DNA of 62,692 nt, the filler included, from Hausera hauseri (Eukaryota), in the NCBI GenBank assembly GCA_046269625.1. It is 11 parts of 11 records of this genome, joined end to end, with 100 filler letters (N's around TTAATTAATTAA, not from the genome) between each part and the next. Parts side by side here need not be neighbours in the genome. Positions count along the whole stretch, not along the records: positions 8,223 to 14,988 come from JBJURY010067661.1; positions 15,089 to 20,171 come from JBJURY010340934.1; 9 more parts are not named here. One strand, written 5' to 3'. Each line of letters starts with the position of its first letter. Positions within the stretch are counted from its first letter, which is position 1. Both the position numbers and the translations under genes were made by a program. The notes under the pieces were generated by a model. That model had not been told where the DNA came from. It made no database searches and was given only the letters and a program-made list of their open reading frames with translations. This document shows positions 9,309 through 20,271 of this stretch, piece after piece.

Positions 9309-11850
9309 AATGAAAATATCACGTCAGGATTTGTCGTAAAATGAACAAACTTTGTGTCTGTAAAATGCATTTTACAAAGTGATACTGCTGAATAAACTCC
9401 TCCTGAAGACATTCGATATTATCATGAACCTTAACAGTACGTTTCAATTCAACCGTATGAATGGAATCGTAAACACAATTTATTTATGCCAATTTTTTTC
9501 TATTTCACCAAAAGTAATTTTTCAAAATTTTCATATTCATTCAATCTTTCTCGTTGAGATTCTGTCAAATCAATCAAATCTAAAAGAATCAATTATTTGC
9601 GACACAAATGTAAAATCAATAACGCATCGTTCTACTTTGAATATCGCACTGCTCTTTACATGACACAAAAATACTCTCGATTCATCCCTTTCCTTTATTT
9701 TACCTCCATTCGTTAGTAGTGTAAAGCATTCATTCCTGATACTCTTGTTATAATGAATATCGAATTTCAAAGGAAATATTCGAGCCAGAATGTCACCTCA
9801 TTAAGTTACTCCTTATCACATCCATCATCATTCTTACAGGAATTTATCAGGAATAAAATTCGATCCTTAATAGACAAATGGAATATCATCTCAATTTTAT
9901 TTACCTCATCCTTTGGTCTGCCTGCCAGGACGATACAATAACGTCTGCATTAACAAACCGATGATCAATATGCTCGACAATATTCGATTGTCTGTTTATA
10001 CCCGGTGTGTCGATAAACTCAATGTTACGCTGGAATATGCTGCGTTTTTCTGGATTCGTCCACAGTGCTCGTAGAATATCTGTCGTATTCAAATATTCCA
10101 TACTTCCAAATGAACTCAATGTGTCTATTCGATTCTTTAGTTGATCTTTGCTTGTAAAATGTTTCTGTTGTTGAATCATCCATACGAAACAAACATTCAT
10201 TAGTACCACATTGTCATTGGATGCCCTTTGATATTCGATTTTCAATTGTTTACCATTGCTGATTCTGACGGTGCAACTTGTTCGTTCACCATCAGTCAAT
10301 ACAAGTAAGTATCCCAATAGAGCATTGATTGTTGTACTTTTTCACACATTGACCCTAAACGATCATGATTATCCCTTAATACTCAAATTACTTTTACGTC
10401 AAATTCTATCCTATTCTGCGAAACAAAATTTTGATTTAATACTTGGGGAACAATGTCTATAATAATTTCAGTTCCAGCTAGTATTTTTCAAAGATATTTA
10501 ATTTAAAATAATTTGCAACATTTTAGATAATAAAGTATCCATGGAATTGATAGCGTGTTTGTGTGTCAAATCGGTTGTCATTGTCGCATTACCGCATGAA
10601 GAAAGTGTGTGAATAAGCAGCATAGCAGTTGATAATGCTGATGACTCAATTCATTTGAATTTGTATTGATTTTGCTATTTGAATTTTGCTGAATCATTTG
10701 TTAGTTATTTCAGTGTCTAGCAATTTTCCTGAATGTTAAGTTCATTAATAAAAATAATTCTCAATGAATAAGGTGAATGAAATTTTATAAAAAAGAATGT
10801 ATTACAGCATCATTATTATGATTTATTATTAAAAATTGTTCAGAACTATTGGAACTCCATTAACTATGGTTGCCGTATTTAATATGAGCTTGATCTATAA
10901 GGGCTAATGGCACTGTAGTGCAAATCGAAACAAACTTAGTTTTTAAACATGCTGATAATTAAAACGGAGTTAAAGTTACGAATTCTCAATGTTATACTAC
11001 AAGACTATTAGCAACATGTGTATTAAAGAATGTTATAAATCAGGTGGAATTCGATATTCAAACACGAACACTTTCTATCGCAGTAGTTTTCCCAATTCCA
11101 TGAGATGATTTTGTATAAATTAATATCAATAGCCTTGTTCTGTATTGTGAATTCTGTCATTAACTTAATGATGCATGTATGAGCAATACACTTATTATTT
11201 GTTTATGAATTATTTAATAAATCATTACTTTTGTGGAACGAGAAAGACATTATAAAGTTTATCATACCTTCCAAAGGCGTATATCTTGATAGAATCCGTC
11301 TTCCTCGCTAGTTCCTTACGAAGTCTATCTAAGAACGAAAGCATTGTGCATATCCATCCCTCGGCCTTTGTGAAGTATTCGATTTCTTTACCAATTTCAT
11401 TTAATCCATTTCACAAAGTAAAAACCTCACTTCCAATTTGAATGGATAATGTCTCACTAATCTCCTTCAATCTGGGCTATTCACGATCAATAACGATAGA
11501 AAGTAAGGAACATTCTACAATTAAGTCGCCACTTACTATTTCTCACGAAGCGGTATCAAAAATTCGTTGATTATATTTGTAAATTTATCTTCAGTCGGAT
11601 AGATTTTTGGTTCATATGTTGGAACATCATATTCAAGTTTCGTGAAGGGTTTTGTTCCTTTGAATGTTATTTTTCTGTTGGTAGAAGTTTGAACCAGCTA
11701 TTTGAATACAATGGTAGGTAGTTGATAGTGACGTGCTGAAGACTACACTGTCAACTGAACAGTTAAATTCATATTTTCTGTTGGTGTGTAAGATCATTTC
11801 GATACAGAAATCAATACGCACACGCCTGAGTAGTAACTGATGAATAATGC
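9300..11850 (-). pseudogene. Dynamin-like (Dynamin_N-type) GTPase gene copy, disrupted
   Basis: IEFIDTPGIN and KSTTINALLG motifs; collinear with 47700-49520 at high identity, plus an extra ~790 bp at about 10399-11190. Confidence 0.75.
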
Positions 11851-12660
11851 AGTTTTGCTTATTGAATTGGAGATGGGGGTTAATATGACAAATGGGGTAA
11901 TATAACATAAATTTTAATAAAGGAAATTTATAGTAGATTATAGACAAATATATTGCTATTCTCATCGAAAAATATTCGTAAAAATGTTTTGGAAAAAGAA
12001 AAACAATGGTGATTGTTTAAACAAATTTTCAGTATGAAAAAATTAATTTGCGATTGTATCCAAAACGTTGAAGGTTCCTTTAAATTTGTGAAACAGGTTT
12101 TTATTTCTTCAATTGACAAGAAACAACAGAGTTTTACAAGTTCTACACATTTACAAAATATTATGTCGATTGATAATGAAAATTTTTGCAAACAAAGCTT
12201 AGAAGAATTTTGTGAATTAGCAGAATTTTGCCATTATATCGACCATTACTACTGTATAAACTAAATCCATAAATTAAATTACTTGAGGCAAAATTGGGGT
12301 GTCAGAGTGGTTGACAGAGATGTATGACAACGTATGAAAAGATTTGACGAAATCAACAACCTTTCCGTTGGATATGAATTATTATTGATAAAAGTAAATG
12401 TCAACAGCAATTTAGTGAAAATAGACGATTATTACTATGACATTCAGATTTGTTGCTGTCTTCTATTATTTATGATGATTTTCTTGTTTTGTATTGTTTT
12501 TTATAACAAACGTATATAAATGAAAACACAATAAAGTTAGTGACAAAATCGATGTTTTATCTAAATTTGTTAAGAAATTGAAACAGAACTAAAGTTGAAA
12601 ACAAGTTGAAAAATGTTAAAGAAAATAAAAGGAAAGAAATCGGGACGAAGAAATACTTAA

Positions 12661-12845
12661 GTAATTGTATTTTCTCGATGCTTTGTCGATCTAATAAATA
12701 TCCATCTAATATATGACTAATTGCGTTTTGTTGATATTTTGTCGAACTAATAAATATCCATCTAATATTTCACTATCTGTGTTTTCTCGATGTTTTGTGG
12801 ACCTAATAAATATTTATCTAATATTTGATTATTTGTGTTGTTCGA
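12661..12845. repeat. 56-bp tandem repeat, about 3.3 copies
   Basis: Core TTTGTCGA.CTAATAAATATCCATCTAATAT recurs at 56-nt spacing. Confidence 0.85.
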
Positions 12846-13182
12846 CGGCGGCGGCACATGTTGTAACACTTAAACCCAAACTGAAAACGGACTAAGTCAA
12901 ATTTAAAATTAAGTGGATGTCACTGAACCGATTTTGGTTGGTGGAGTACGTGTACCGCTACTGCGTGCAATTTATCCGGAAAGCAGCAAGTATACTGCTG
13001 GCGACAATGTCGCTGTCAATCTCGATAATCCAATGTACCTGCTTGTGGCAACTACATCTATAATCAGTGTTGAAGTCAATATCCTATGTAACGCGAGCTA
13101 CCTTATTGAATTTCCGTATGGTACCACAACCAGTCTAACTCTTCATTTCCGTCGAATCCAACATCAACAACAACATGATTGA
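12845..13182 (+). pseudogene. Maverick/Polinton minor capsid protein (penton/PX), C-terminal fragment
   Basis: DVTEPILVGGVRVPLLRAI...NPMYL.V....I..VEVNI......LIEF..G....TLHFRR is the typical Polinton penton C-terminus. Confidence 0.85.
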
Positions 13183-13540
13183 TTCTGAAATCGTTTCCAT
13201 TTACAGTAAACCCAAGCAGGGTGGGGAACTGCCGTATTTTGTTGGTAAACAACAGTATGGCTCTGGATGGTTGCGTACATTGGCACGTTTAGCATTTCCG
13301 ATGTTGAAACCTATTGGAGCCATGGCAGCAAAAACAGCACAGAACGTACTATATGAAAACAAATCTATCTTACCATCACTGAAGGAACACGCCTTGACAG
13401 AAATAAAAAGCGCTTTACCGGGAGTCGTTGAATCGGTCAAAAAACAATTCGCTGGTAGTGGCTTGATGAGAAATCACCGTAGAGCATCATCGAGCTCATC
13501 AGCTATAAACAAACGTCGTCGTTGTACGATTTTCGATTGA
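13175..13540 (+). CDS. Maverick/Polinton small basic core-like protein encoded between penton and hexon
   Basis: Intact 121-aa ORF; QGG-ELPYFVGKQQYGSGWLRTLARLAFPMLK motif; Gly-X-Gly sites resembling adenain cleavage sites; C-terminal KRRR; position between penton and the start of the capsid gene. Confidence 0.75.
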   Translation: MIDSEIVSIYSKPKQGGELPYFVGKQQYGSGWLRTLARLAFPMLKPIGAMAAKTAQNVLYENKSILPSLKEHALTEIKSALPGVVESVKKQFAGSGLMRNHRRASSSSSAINKRRRCTIFD

Positions 13541-13569
13541 CAAACAGGCAGACAAATGGCATCCGCAAT

Positions 13570-14283
13570 GTTGTAATGGGTAACAAGCATTTTTCGTTTC
13601 CAAGCCCAATCGATGTCCCATGAGCACACATGGTTCTACCTTTACACGACGTAGGTATAATCGTGCCTCGGTAATTTTCAGTATGGGTTTAAGCTGTGCA
13701 ACTGCGGTTTTCAAACAAAAGACATTGTCGCTGCGTTTGGGCCGAATCATGGCTTTAACACCGGGCAGTAGGTATTTCGGCTGATCGAAAAAGTCAAAGT
13801 ACAGCGGTCCACACATTGTAAGCGGTTTTGATTCTGCCACCCATGCCTGACGGTTTGCCGTTGTGACATCGTATCCTATGGTTTTCGTCAAATGAGTCGT
13901 TTTTGTGCCTGCACCGTAATTCGGAGACGTTTTAATGAGTGCTTTGATACTGTATAGACTGGTGTTGTTTTCAATTTTGTCACTGTTTAGAGTCAGTGAA
14001 GCCTCCTGAAACAGTGTGAGGAAAATGTAATTGGCCGGTGTGACAGTGTCTGTTGCAGCGAGAACCGTTGATGCATCCTTTTAACAATGACTTTTATATA
14101 CAGTAACGTATCGTTCAAATCGAGATATTCATTGTCCGATGCCATAATGTTGAATTGAATGTCAGTGTTATCGTCCATTAAAACAGAATCTCCGGAGTAG
14201 ATGTCTTCAAATTCTGCATTGTAAATAACAACTTGTGGCGCGACTTCGTCAAGTATACACAATTCAGATTTTGCAGTTGCCAT
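13570..14283 (-). pseudogene. Maverick/Polinton major capsid protein, N-terminal half, copy 2
   Basis: MATAKSELCIL...IQFNI...EYLDLNDTLLYIKV and FFDQPKYLLPGV; frameshifted and cut off at about 13570. Confidence 0.87.
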
Positions 14284-14299
14284 TTGTCTATCAATCAAT

Positions 14300-14988
14300 C
14301 AATCAAAATTCGTGCGACGACGACGTTTGTTTATAGTTGAAAAGCTAGCTGATCTACCACGTTTTTTCAAACCACTACTACAAAATTGTTTTTTGACAGA
14401 TTTAACGACTCCCGGTGCCAATGTACGCAACCATCCAGAGCCATACTGTTTACCAACGAAATACGGCAGTTTACGGCACCGATGGGTTTACTGCAAATGG
14501 AAACGGTTTCAGAATCAATCATGGTTTCGACCGACATAAAGAGTTAGAGAGGTTTTGGTACCGTACAGAAATTCAATATGGTAGCCGGTGTCACATCGGA
14601 TATTCACTTCAACATTGTTTATAGATGTAGTTGCCACAGGCAGGTAAATTGGATTATCGAGCTTGACAGTGGTATTGTCGCCAGCAGTATACTTGATGCT
14701 TTCCGGATAAATTGCACGGAGAAGCGGTACACGTACTCCACCGACCAAAATCGGTTCAGTGACGTTCACGTAAATGTACATTTGACTTAGACCAGTTTTC
14801 ATTTTGGGTTTAAGTGTTGCAACAAGTGCCGCCGTGTTCGTATTCGATGCCTCAAACCGCTGTTTTTCAAAACCTAATACCATGACCAAAGCTTTCTGCA
14901 ATGAGATGTCAACAATATCCTTAGCCAGTTCAAATTTAATGTACCCATTTGCATCTGACTCGAAAACTTTAAATATCTCCTTGTACTT
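14300..14988 (-). pseudogene. Second Maverick penton C-terminus plus internally deleted core-protein gene
   Basis: ORF 14515-14901 LSQMYIYVNVTEPILVGGVRVPLLRAI; inverted paralogue of 12845-13540. Confidence 0.85.
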
Positions 14989-15088
14989 NNNNNNNNNNNN
15001 NNNNNNNNNNNNNNNNNNNNNNNNNNNNNNNNTTAATTAATTAANNNNNNNNNNNNNNNNNNNNNNNNNNNNNNNNNNNNNNNNNNNN
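14989..15088. other. Artificial contig linker
   Basis: N44-TTAATTAATTAA-N44. Confidence 0.99.
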
Positions 15089-18000
15089 ACACATTGCTGT
15101 GAGTCGGAATATGCAGGTCTCTGGATTAGGTCAATCCATAATTTTTCCCGACTCAACTCATTGCGATGAGTCCAAATATGCAGTTCTCCGTAAATGGGTC
15201 ACCCCAAAATATTTTCTACTCAACTCATTGCCTTGAGTCTAAATATGCAGGTGTCCGCAACTGGATCAGTCCAAAGTTTTTCCGACACAACACATTGCTG
15301 TGAGTCGGAATATGCAGGTCTCTGGATTAGGTCAATCCATAATTTTTCCCGACTCAACTCATTGCGGTGAGTCCGAATATGCAGGTGTCCGCAACTGGGT
15401 CAGTCCAAAATTTTTTTCGACTCAACTCATTTCCATAAGTTCGAATATGCAGGTCTCCGTAACTGGGTCAGGCCAAAATGTTCTCTACTCAACTCATTGC
15501 GTTGAGAATAAATATGCAGGTGTCCGGAACTGGGTCAGTCCAAAATTTTTTTCGACTCAACTCATTGCGGTGTATCCGAATATGCAGGTGTCCTGAACTC
15601 GCTCAGTCCAAAATTCTTTCGATTAATCTCATTGCGATGAGTCCAAATATGCAGTTCTCCGTAACAGGAGCACTCCAAAATGTTTTCTACTCAACTCATT
15701 GCCTTGAGTCTAAATAAGCAGGTGTCCGGAACTGGATCAGTCGAAAATTTTGTCAACTCAACGTATTGCGGTGAGTCCAAATGTGCAGGTCCAGAGCTTG
15801 GTCAGTCCGAAATTTTTTTGACTCAAATCCTTGCGATGAGTCCAAATGTGCAGGTGTCCGGAACTGGATCAGCCCAAAATTTTTTTCGTCTCAACTCATT
15901 AGGGTGTGTCCGAATACGCAGGTGTCCGGAACTGGAGCAGTCCAAAATTTTTTCAACTCATCTCATTGCGGTGAGTCCAAATGTGAAGGTGCAGAGCTGG
16001 GTCAGTCAAAAAATTTTTCGAATCAAACCACTACGATGAGTCCTTATATGCAGGTGTCCGGAACTAGATCATTCCAAAATTTTTCCGACTCAACTAATTG
16101 CGGAGAATCCAAATATGCAGGTGTTCGGAACTGGTTCAGTCTAAAAATTTTTTCGACTCAACTTATTGCGGTGAGACCAAATGTGCAGGTCCAGAGATGG
16201 ATCAGTCCAAAATTTTTCCGACTCAACTCATTGCGGAGAATCCGAATATGCAGGTGTTGGGAACTGGTTCAGTCTAAAAATTTTTTCGACTCAACTTATT
16301 GCGGTGAGACCAAATGTGCAGGTCCAGAGCTGGGTCAGTCCAAAATTTTTTCCATTCAACCCATTGCGACGCGTCCAAATGTGCAGGTATCAGGAACTGG
16401 ATCAGGTCAAAATTTTTCCGACTCAACTAATTGCGGTGAGTCCGAATATGCAGGTGTCCAGAATTAGGTCAGTCTAAAATTTCTTGAGAATCAACTTATT
16501 GCGATTAGTCCTAATATGCAGGTCTCCAGAACTGGGTGAATCAAAAATTTTTCCGACTCAACTCATTGCGGTGAGTGCGAATATGCAGGTCTCCATAACT
16601 GGGTTAGTCTAAAATGTTTTCTACTCAACTCATTGCGTTGAGACTAAATATGCAGGTGTCCGGAACTGGATCAGTCCAAAGATTTTTTCGACTAAACACA
16701 TTGCGTTGTGTTGGAATATGCAGGTGTCCGGAACTGGATCAGTCCAAAATTTTTCCGACTCAAATAATTGCGGTGAATCCGAATATGCAGGTGTCCGGAA
16801 CTGGATCACTCCAAAATTCTTTTCGACTGAACCCGTTGCTGTGAGTCCAATTGTGCAGGTCCAGAGCTGGGTCAGTCCAAAATTTTTTAGTCTCATATCA
16901 TTGCGATGCGTCATAATATGCAGGTCTCCAGAACTGTGTCAATCAAAAATTTTTCCGACTCAACTAATTGCGGTGAATCCGAATATGCAGGTGTCCGGAA
17001 CTGGGTCAGTCTAAAAATGTTTTCTACTCAACTCATTGCGGTGAGTCCGAATATGCAGGTGTCTGGAACTGGATCAGTCCAAAATTTTTTCAAGTCAGCT
17101 CATTGCGGTGAGTCCAAATGTGCAGGTCCAGAGCTGGGTCAGTCCAAAATTTTTTAGACTCAACTCATTGCGATGCGTCCTAATGTGCAGGTATCTGGAA
17201 CTGGATCAGTCCAAAATTTTTCCGACTCAACTAATTGCGATGAATCCGAATATGCAGGTGTCCGGAACTGGGTCAGTCTAAAAATTTTTTCGACTCAACT
17301 TATTTCGATGACTGCAAATATGCAGGTCTCCGTAACTGGGTCAGTCCAAAATGTTTTCTACTCAACTCATTGCGGTGAGTCCAAATATGCAAGTGTCCGG
17401 AACTGTGTCAGTCCGAAGTTTTTTTCGACTCCACTCATTGCGTTGAGTCCAAATGTGCAGGTGTCCGGAATTAGGTCAATCCAATATTTTGCGCGAATCA
17501 AATTATTGCGATGAATCCTAATATGCATGTCTCTAGAACTGTGTCAATCAAATATTTTTCCGACTCAACTCATTGCGGTGAGTCCGAATATGCAGGTGTC
17601 CGGAATTAGGTCAGTCCAATATTTCTTGCGAATAAACTTATTGCGATGAGTCCGAATATGCAGGTCTTCGTAACAGTGTCAGTGCAAAATGTTTTCTACT
17701 CAACTCATTGCGGTGAGTCCAAATATGCAGGTCTCCGTAACTGGGTCAGTACAAAATGCAGGTGTCCGGAAGTGGATCAGTCCAAAATTTTTCCGACTCA
17801 ACTAATTGCGGTGAATCCGAATATGCAGTTGTCCGGAACTGGAGGAGTCCAAAATTTTTCCGACTCAACTAATTGCGGTGAATCCGAATATGCAGGTGTC
17901 CGGAACTGGGTCAGTCTAAAAATTTTTTCGACTCAACTCATTCCGATGAGTGCAAATATGCAGGTCTCCGTAACTGGTTCAGTCCAAAATGTTTTCTACT

Positions 18001-20171
18001 CAAATGATTGCGTTGGGAGTAGATATGCAGGCGTCCGGAACTGGATCAATCCAAAGATTTTTTCGACTAAACTCATTGCGTTGTGTCCGAATATGCAGGT
18101 GTCCAGAACTGGATCAGTCCAAAATTTTTCCGACACATTTAATTGCGGTGAATCCGAATATGCAGGTGTCCGGAACTGGAGCAGTACAAAATTTTTTCAA
18201 CTCAACTCATTGCGGTGAGTCCAAATGTGCAGGTCCAGAGCTGGTTCAATCAAAAAATTTTTCGACTCAACTCATTGGGATGAGTCCATATGTGCACCTG
18301 TCCGGAACTGGATCAGTCCAAAATTTTTCCGACTCAACACATTACTTTGAGTCCAAGTATTCAGGTCTCCGTAACTGGGTCAGTCCAGAATGTTTTCTAC
18401 TCAACTCATTGCGGTGAGTCCAAATATGCAGTGTCCGGAACTGGGTCGGTCCGAAATTTTTTTCGACGCAACTCATTTTGTTGAGTCCAAATGTACAGGT
18501 GTCCGGAATTCGTTCAGTCCAAATTTTTCTGCGAATCAATTTATTGCGATGAGTCCTATTATGCAGGTCTCCAGAACTGGGTCATTCCAAAATTTTTCTG
18601 ACTCAACTCATTGCGTTGAGTCTAAATATGCAGGTGTCCGGAAATGGAACACTCCAAAAATTTTTTCCACTCAACTCTTTTCGGTGTGTCCGAATATGCA
18701 GGTGTCTGGAACTGGATCAGTCCCAAGATTTTTTCGACTAAATCATTGCGTTGTGTCCGAATATACAGGTGTCCGGAATTAGGTCAGTCCAAAATTTCTT
18801 GCGAATCAACTTGTTGCGATGAGTCCTAATATGCAGGTCTCCAGAACTGGGTGAGTCAAAAATTTTTTCGACTCAACTCATTGCGGAGAGTCCAAATATG
18901 CAAGTGTCTGGAACTGGGTCAGTCCGAAGTTTCTTTCAACTCAAATCATTGCGATGAGTTTTAATATGCCGGTTTCCAAAACTGGGTCAGTCAAAAATTT
19001 TTCCGAATCAACGCATTGCGATAAGTCCAAATATGCAGGTCTCCGTAACTGGGTCAGTCCAAAATGTTTTCAACTCAACATATTGCGGTGAGTCCGAGTA
19101 TGCAGGTGTCCGGAACTGGGTCCGTCTAAAAACTTTTCCGACTCAACTCATTGCGGTGAGTCCGAATATGCAGGTCTCCGGAACTGGGTCCGTCTAAAAA
19201 TTTTTTCGACTCAACTCATTGCGATGAATCCAAATATGCAGCTGTCCGTAACTGGGTCAGTCCAAAATGTTTTCTACTCAAATGATTGCTTTGGGAGTAG
19301 ATATGCAGGCGTCCGGAACTGAATCAATCCAAAGATTTTTTCGACTAAACTCATTGCGTTGTGTCCGAATATGCAGGTGTCCAGAACTGGATCAGTTCAA
19401 AATTTTTCCGACACATCTAATTGCGGTGAATCCGAATATGCATGTGTCCGGAACTGGATCAGTCCAAAATTTTTCCGACTCAACTAATTACGGTGAATCC
19501 GAATATGCAGGTGTCCGGAACTGGATCAGTCCAAAATTTTTCCGACTCAAGTAATTGCGGTGAATCCGAATATGCAGGTGTCCGGAACTGCATCAGTCCA
19601 AAATTTTTTCAACTCTGCTCATTGCGATGAGTGCAATTATGCAGGTTTCCGTAACTGGGTCAGTCTAAAAATTTTTTCGACTCAACTTATTGCGATGAGT
19701 GCAAATATGCAGGTCTCCGTAACTGGGTCAGTCCAAAATGTTTTCTACTCAACTCATTGCGGTGACTCCAAATATGCAAGTGTCCGGAACTGGGTCAGTC
19801 CGAAATGTTTTCTACTCAACTCATTGCGGTGACTCCAAATATGCAAGTGTCCAGAACTGGGTCTATCAGAAATTTTTCCGACTCAACTAATTGCGGTCAA
19901 TCCGAATATGCAGGTCTCCGTAACTGGGTTAGTCCGAAACGTTTTCTACTCAACTCATTGCGGTGACTCCAAATATGCAAGTTTCCGGAACTGGGTCAGT
20001 CCAAAATTTTTCCGACTCAACTCATTGCGATGAGTCCAAATATGCAAGTGTCCCGAACTGGGTCAGTCCGAAATATTTTCTACTCAACTCATTGCGGTGA
20101 ATCCGAATATGCAGGTGTCCGGAACTGGATCAGTCCAAAATTTTTCCGACTCAAGTAATTGCGGTGAATCC
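15089..20171. repeat. Tandem satellite, ~67-68 bp monomer, roughly 75 copies filling the whole contig
   Basis: Consensus GACTCAACTCATTGCGGTGAGTCCGAATATGCAGGTGTCCGGAACTGGGTCAGTCCAAAATTTTTCC repeated head to tail with sequence variants. Confidence 0.97.
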
Positions 20172-20271
20172 NNNNNNNNNNNNNNNNNNNNNNNNNNNNN
20201 NNNNNNNNNNNNNNNTTAATTAATTAANNNNNNNNNNNNNNNNNNNNNNNNNNNNNNNNNNNNNNNNNNNN
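20172..20271. other. Artificial contig linker
   Basis: N44-TTAATTAATTAA-N44. Confidence 0.99.

Noticed and set aside
12010-12380. Possible Mutator-like transposase relic (EFCHYIDHYY...INNLSVGY)
   Set aside because: Similarity to the F..YF...TNN..EG motif is too degenerate to support.
15300-19832. Repeat-protein ORFs in the satellite
   Set aside because: Monomer length is mostly not a multiple of 3 and the same peptides appear in all frames.
15089-20171. CRISPR array or hammerhead-ribozyme satellite
   Set aside because: The whole monomer repeats with no unique spacers and there are no cas genes. GATGAGTCC resembles part of a hammerhead core, but the required CUGANGA and GAAA boxes with flanking stems are not present.
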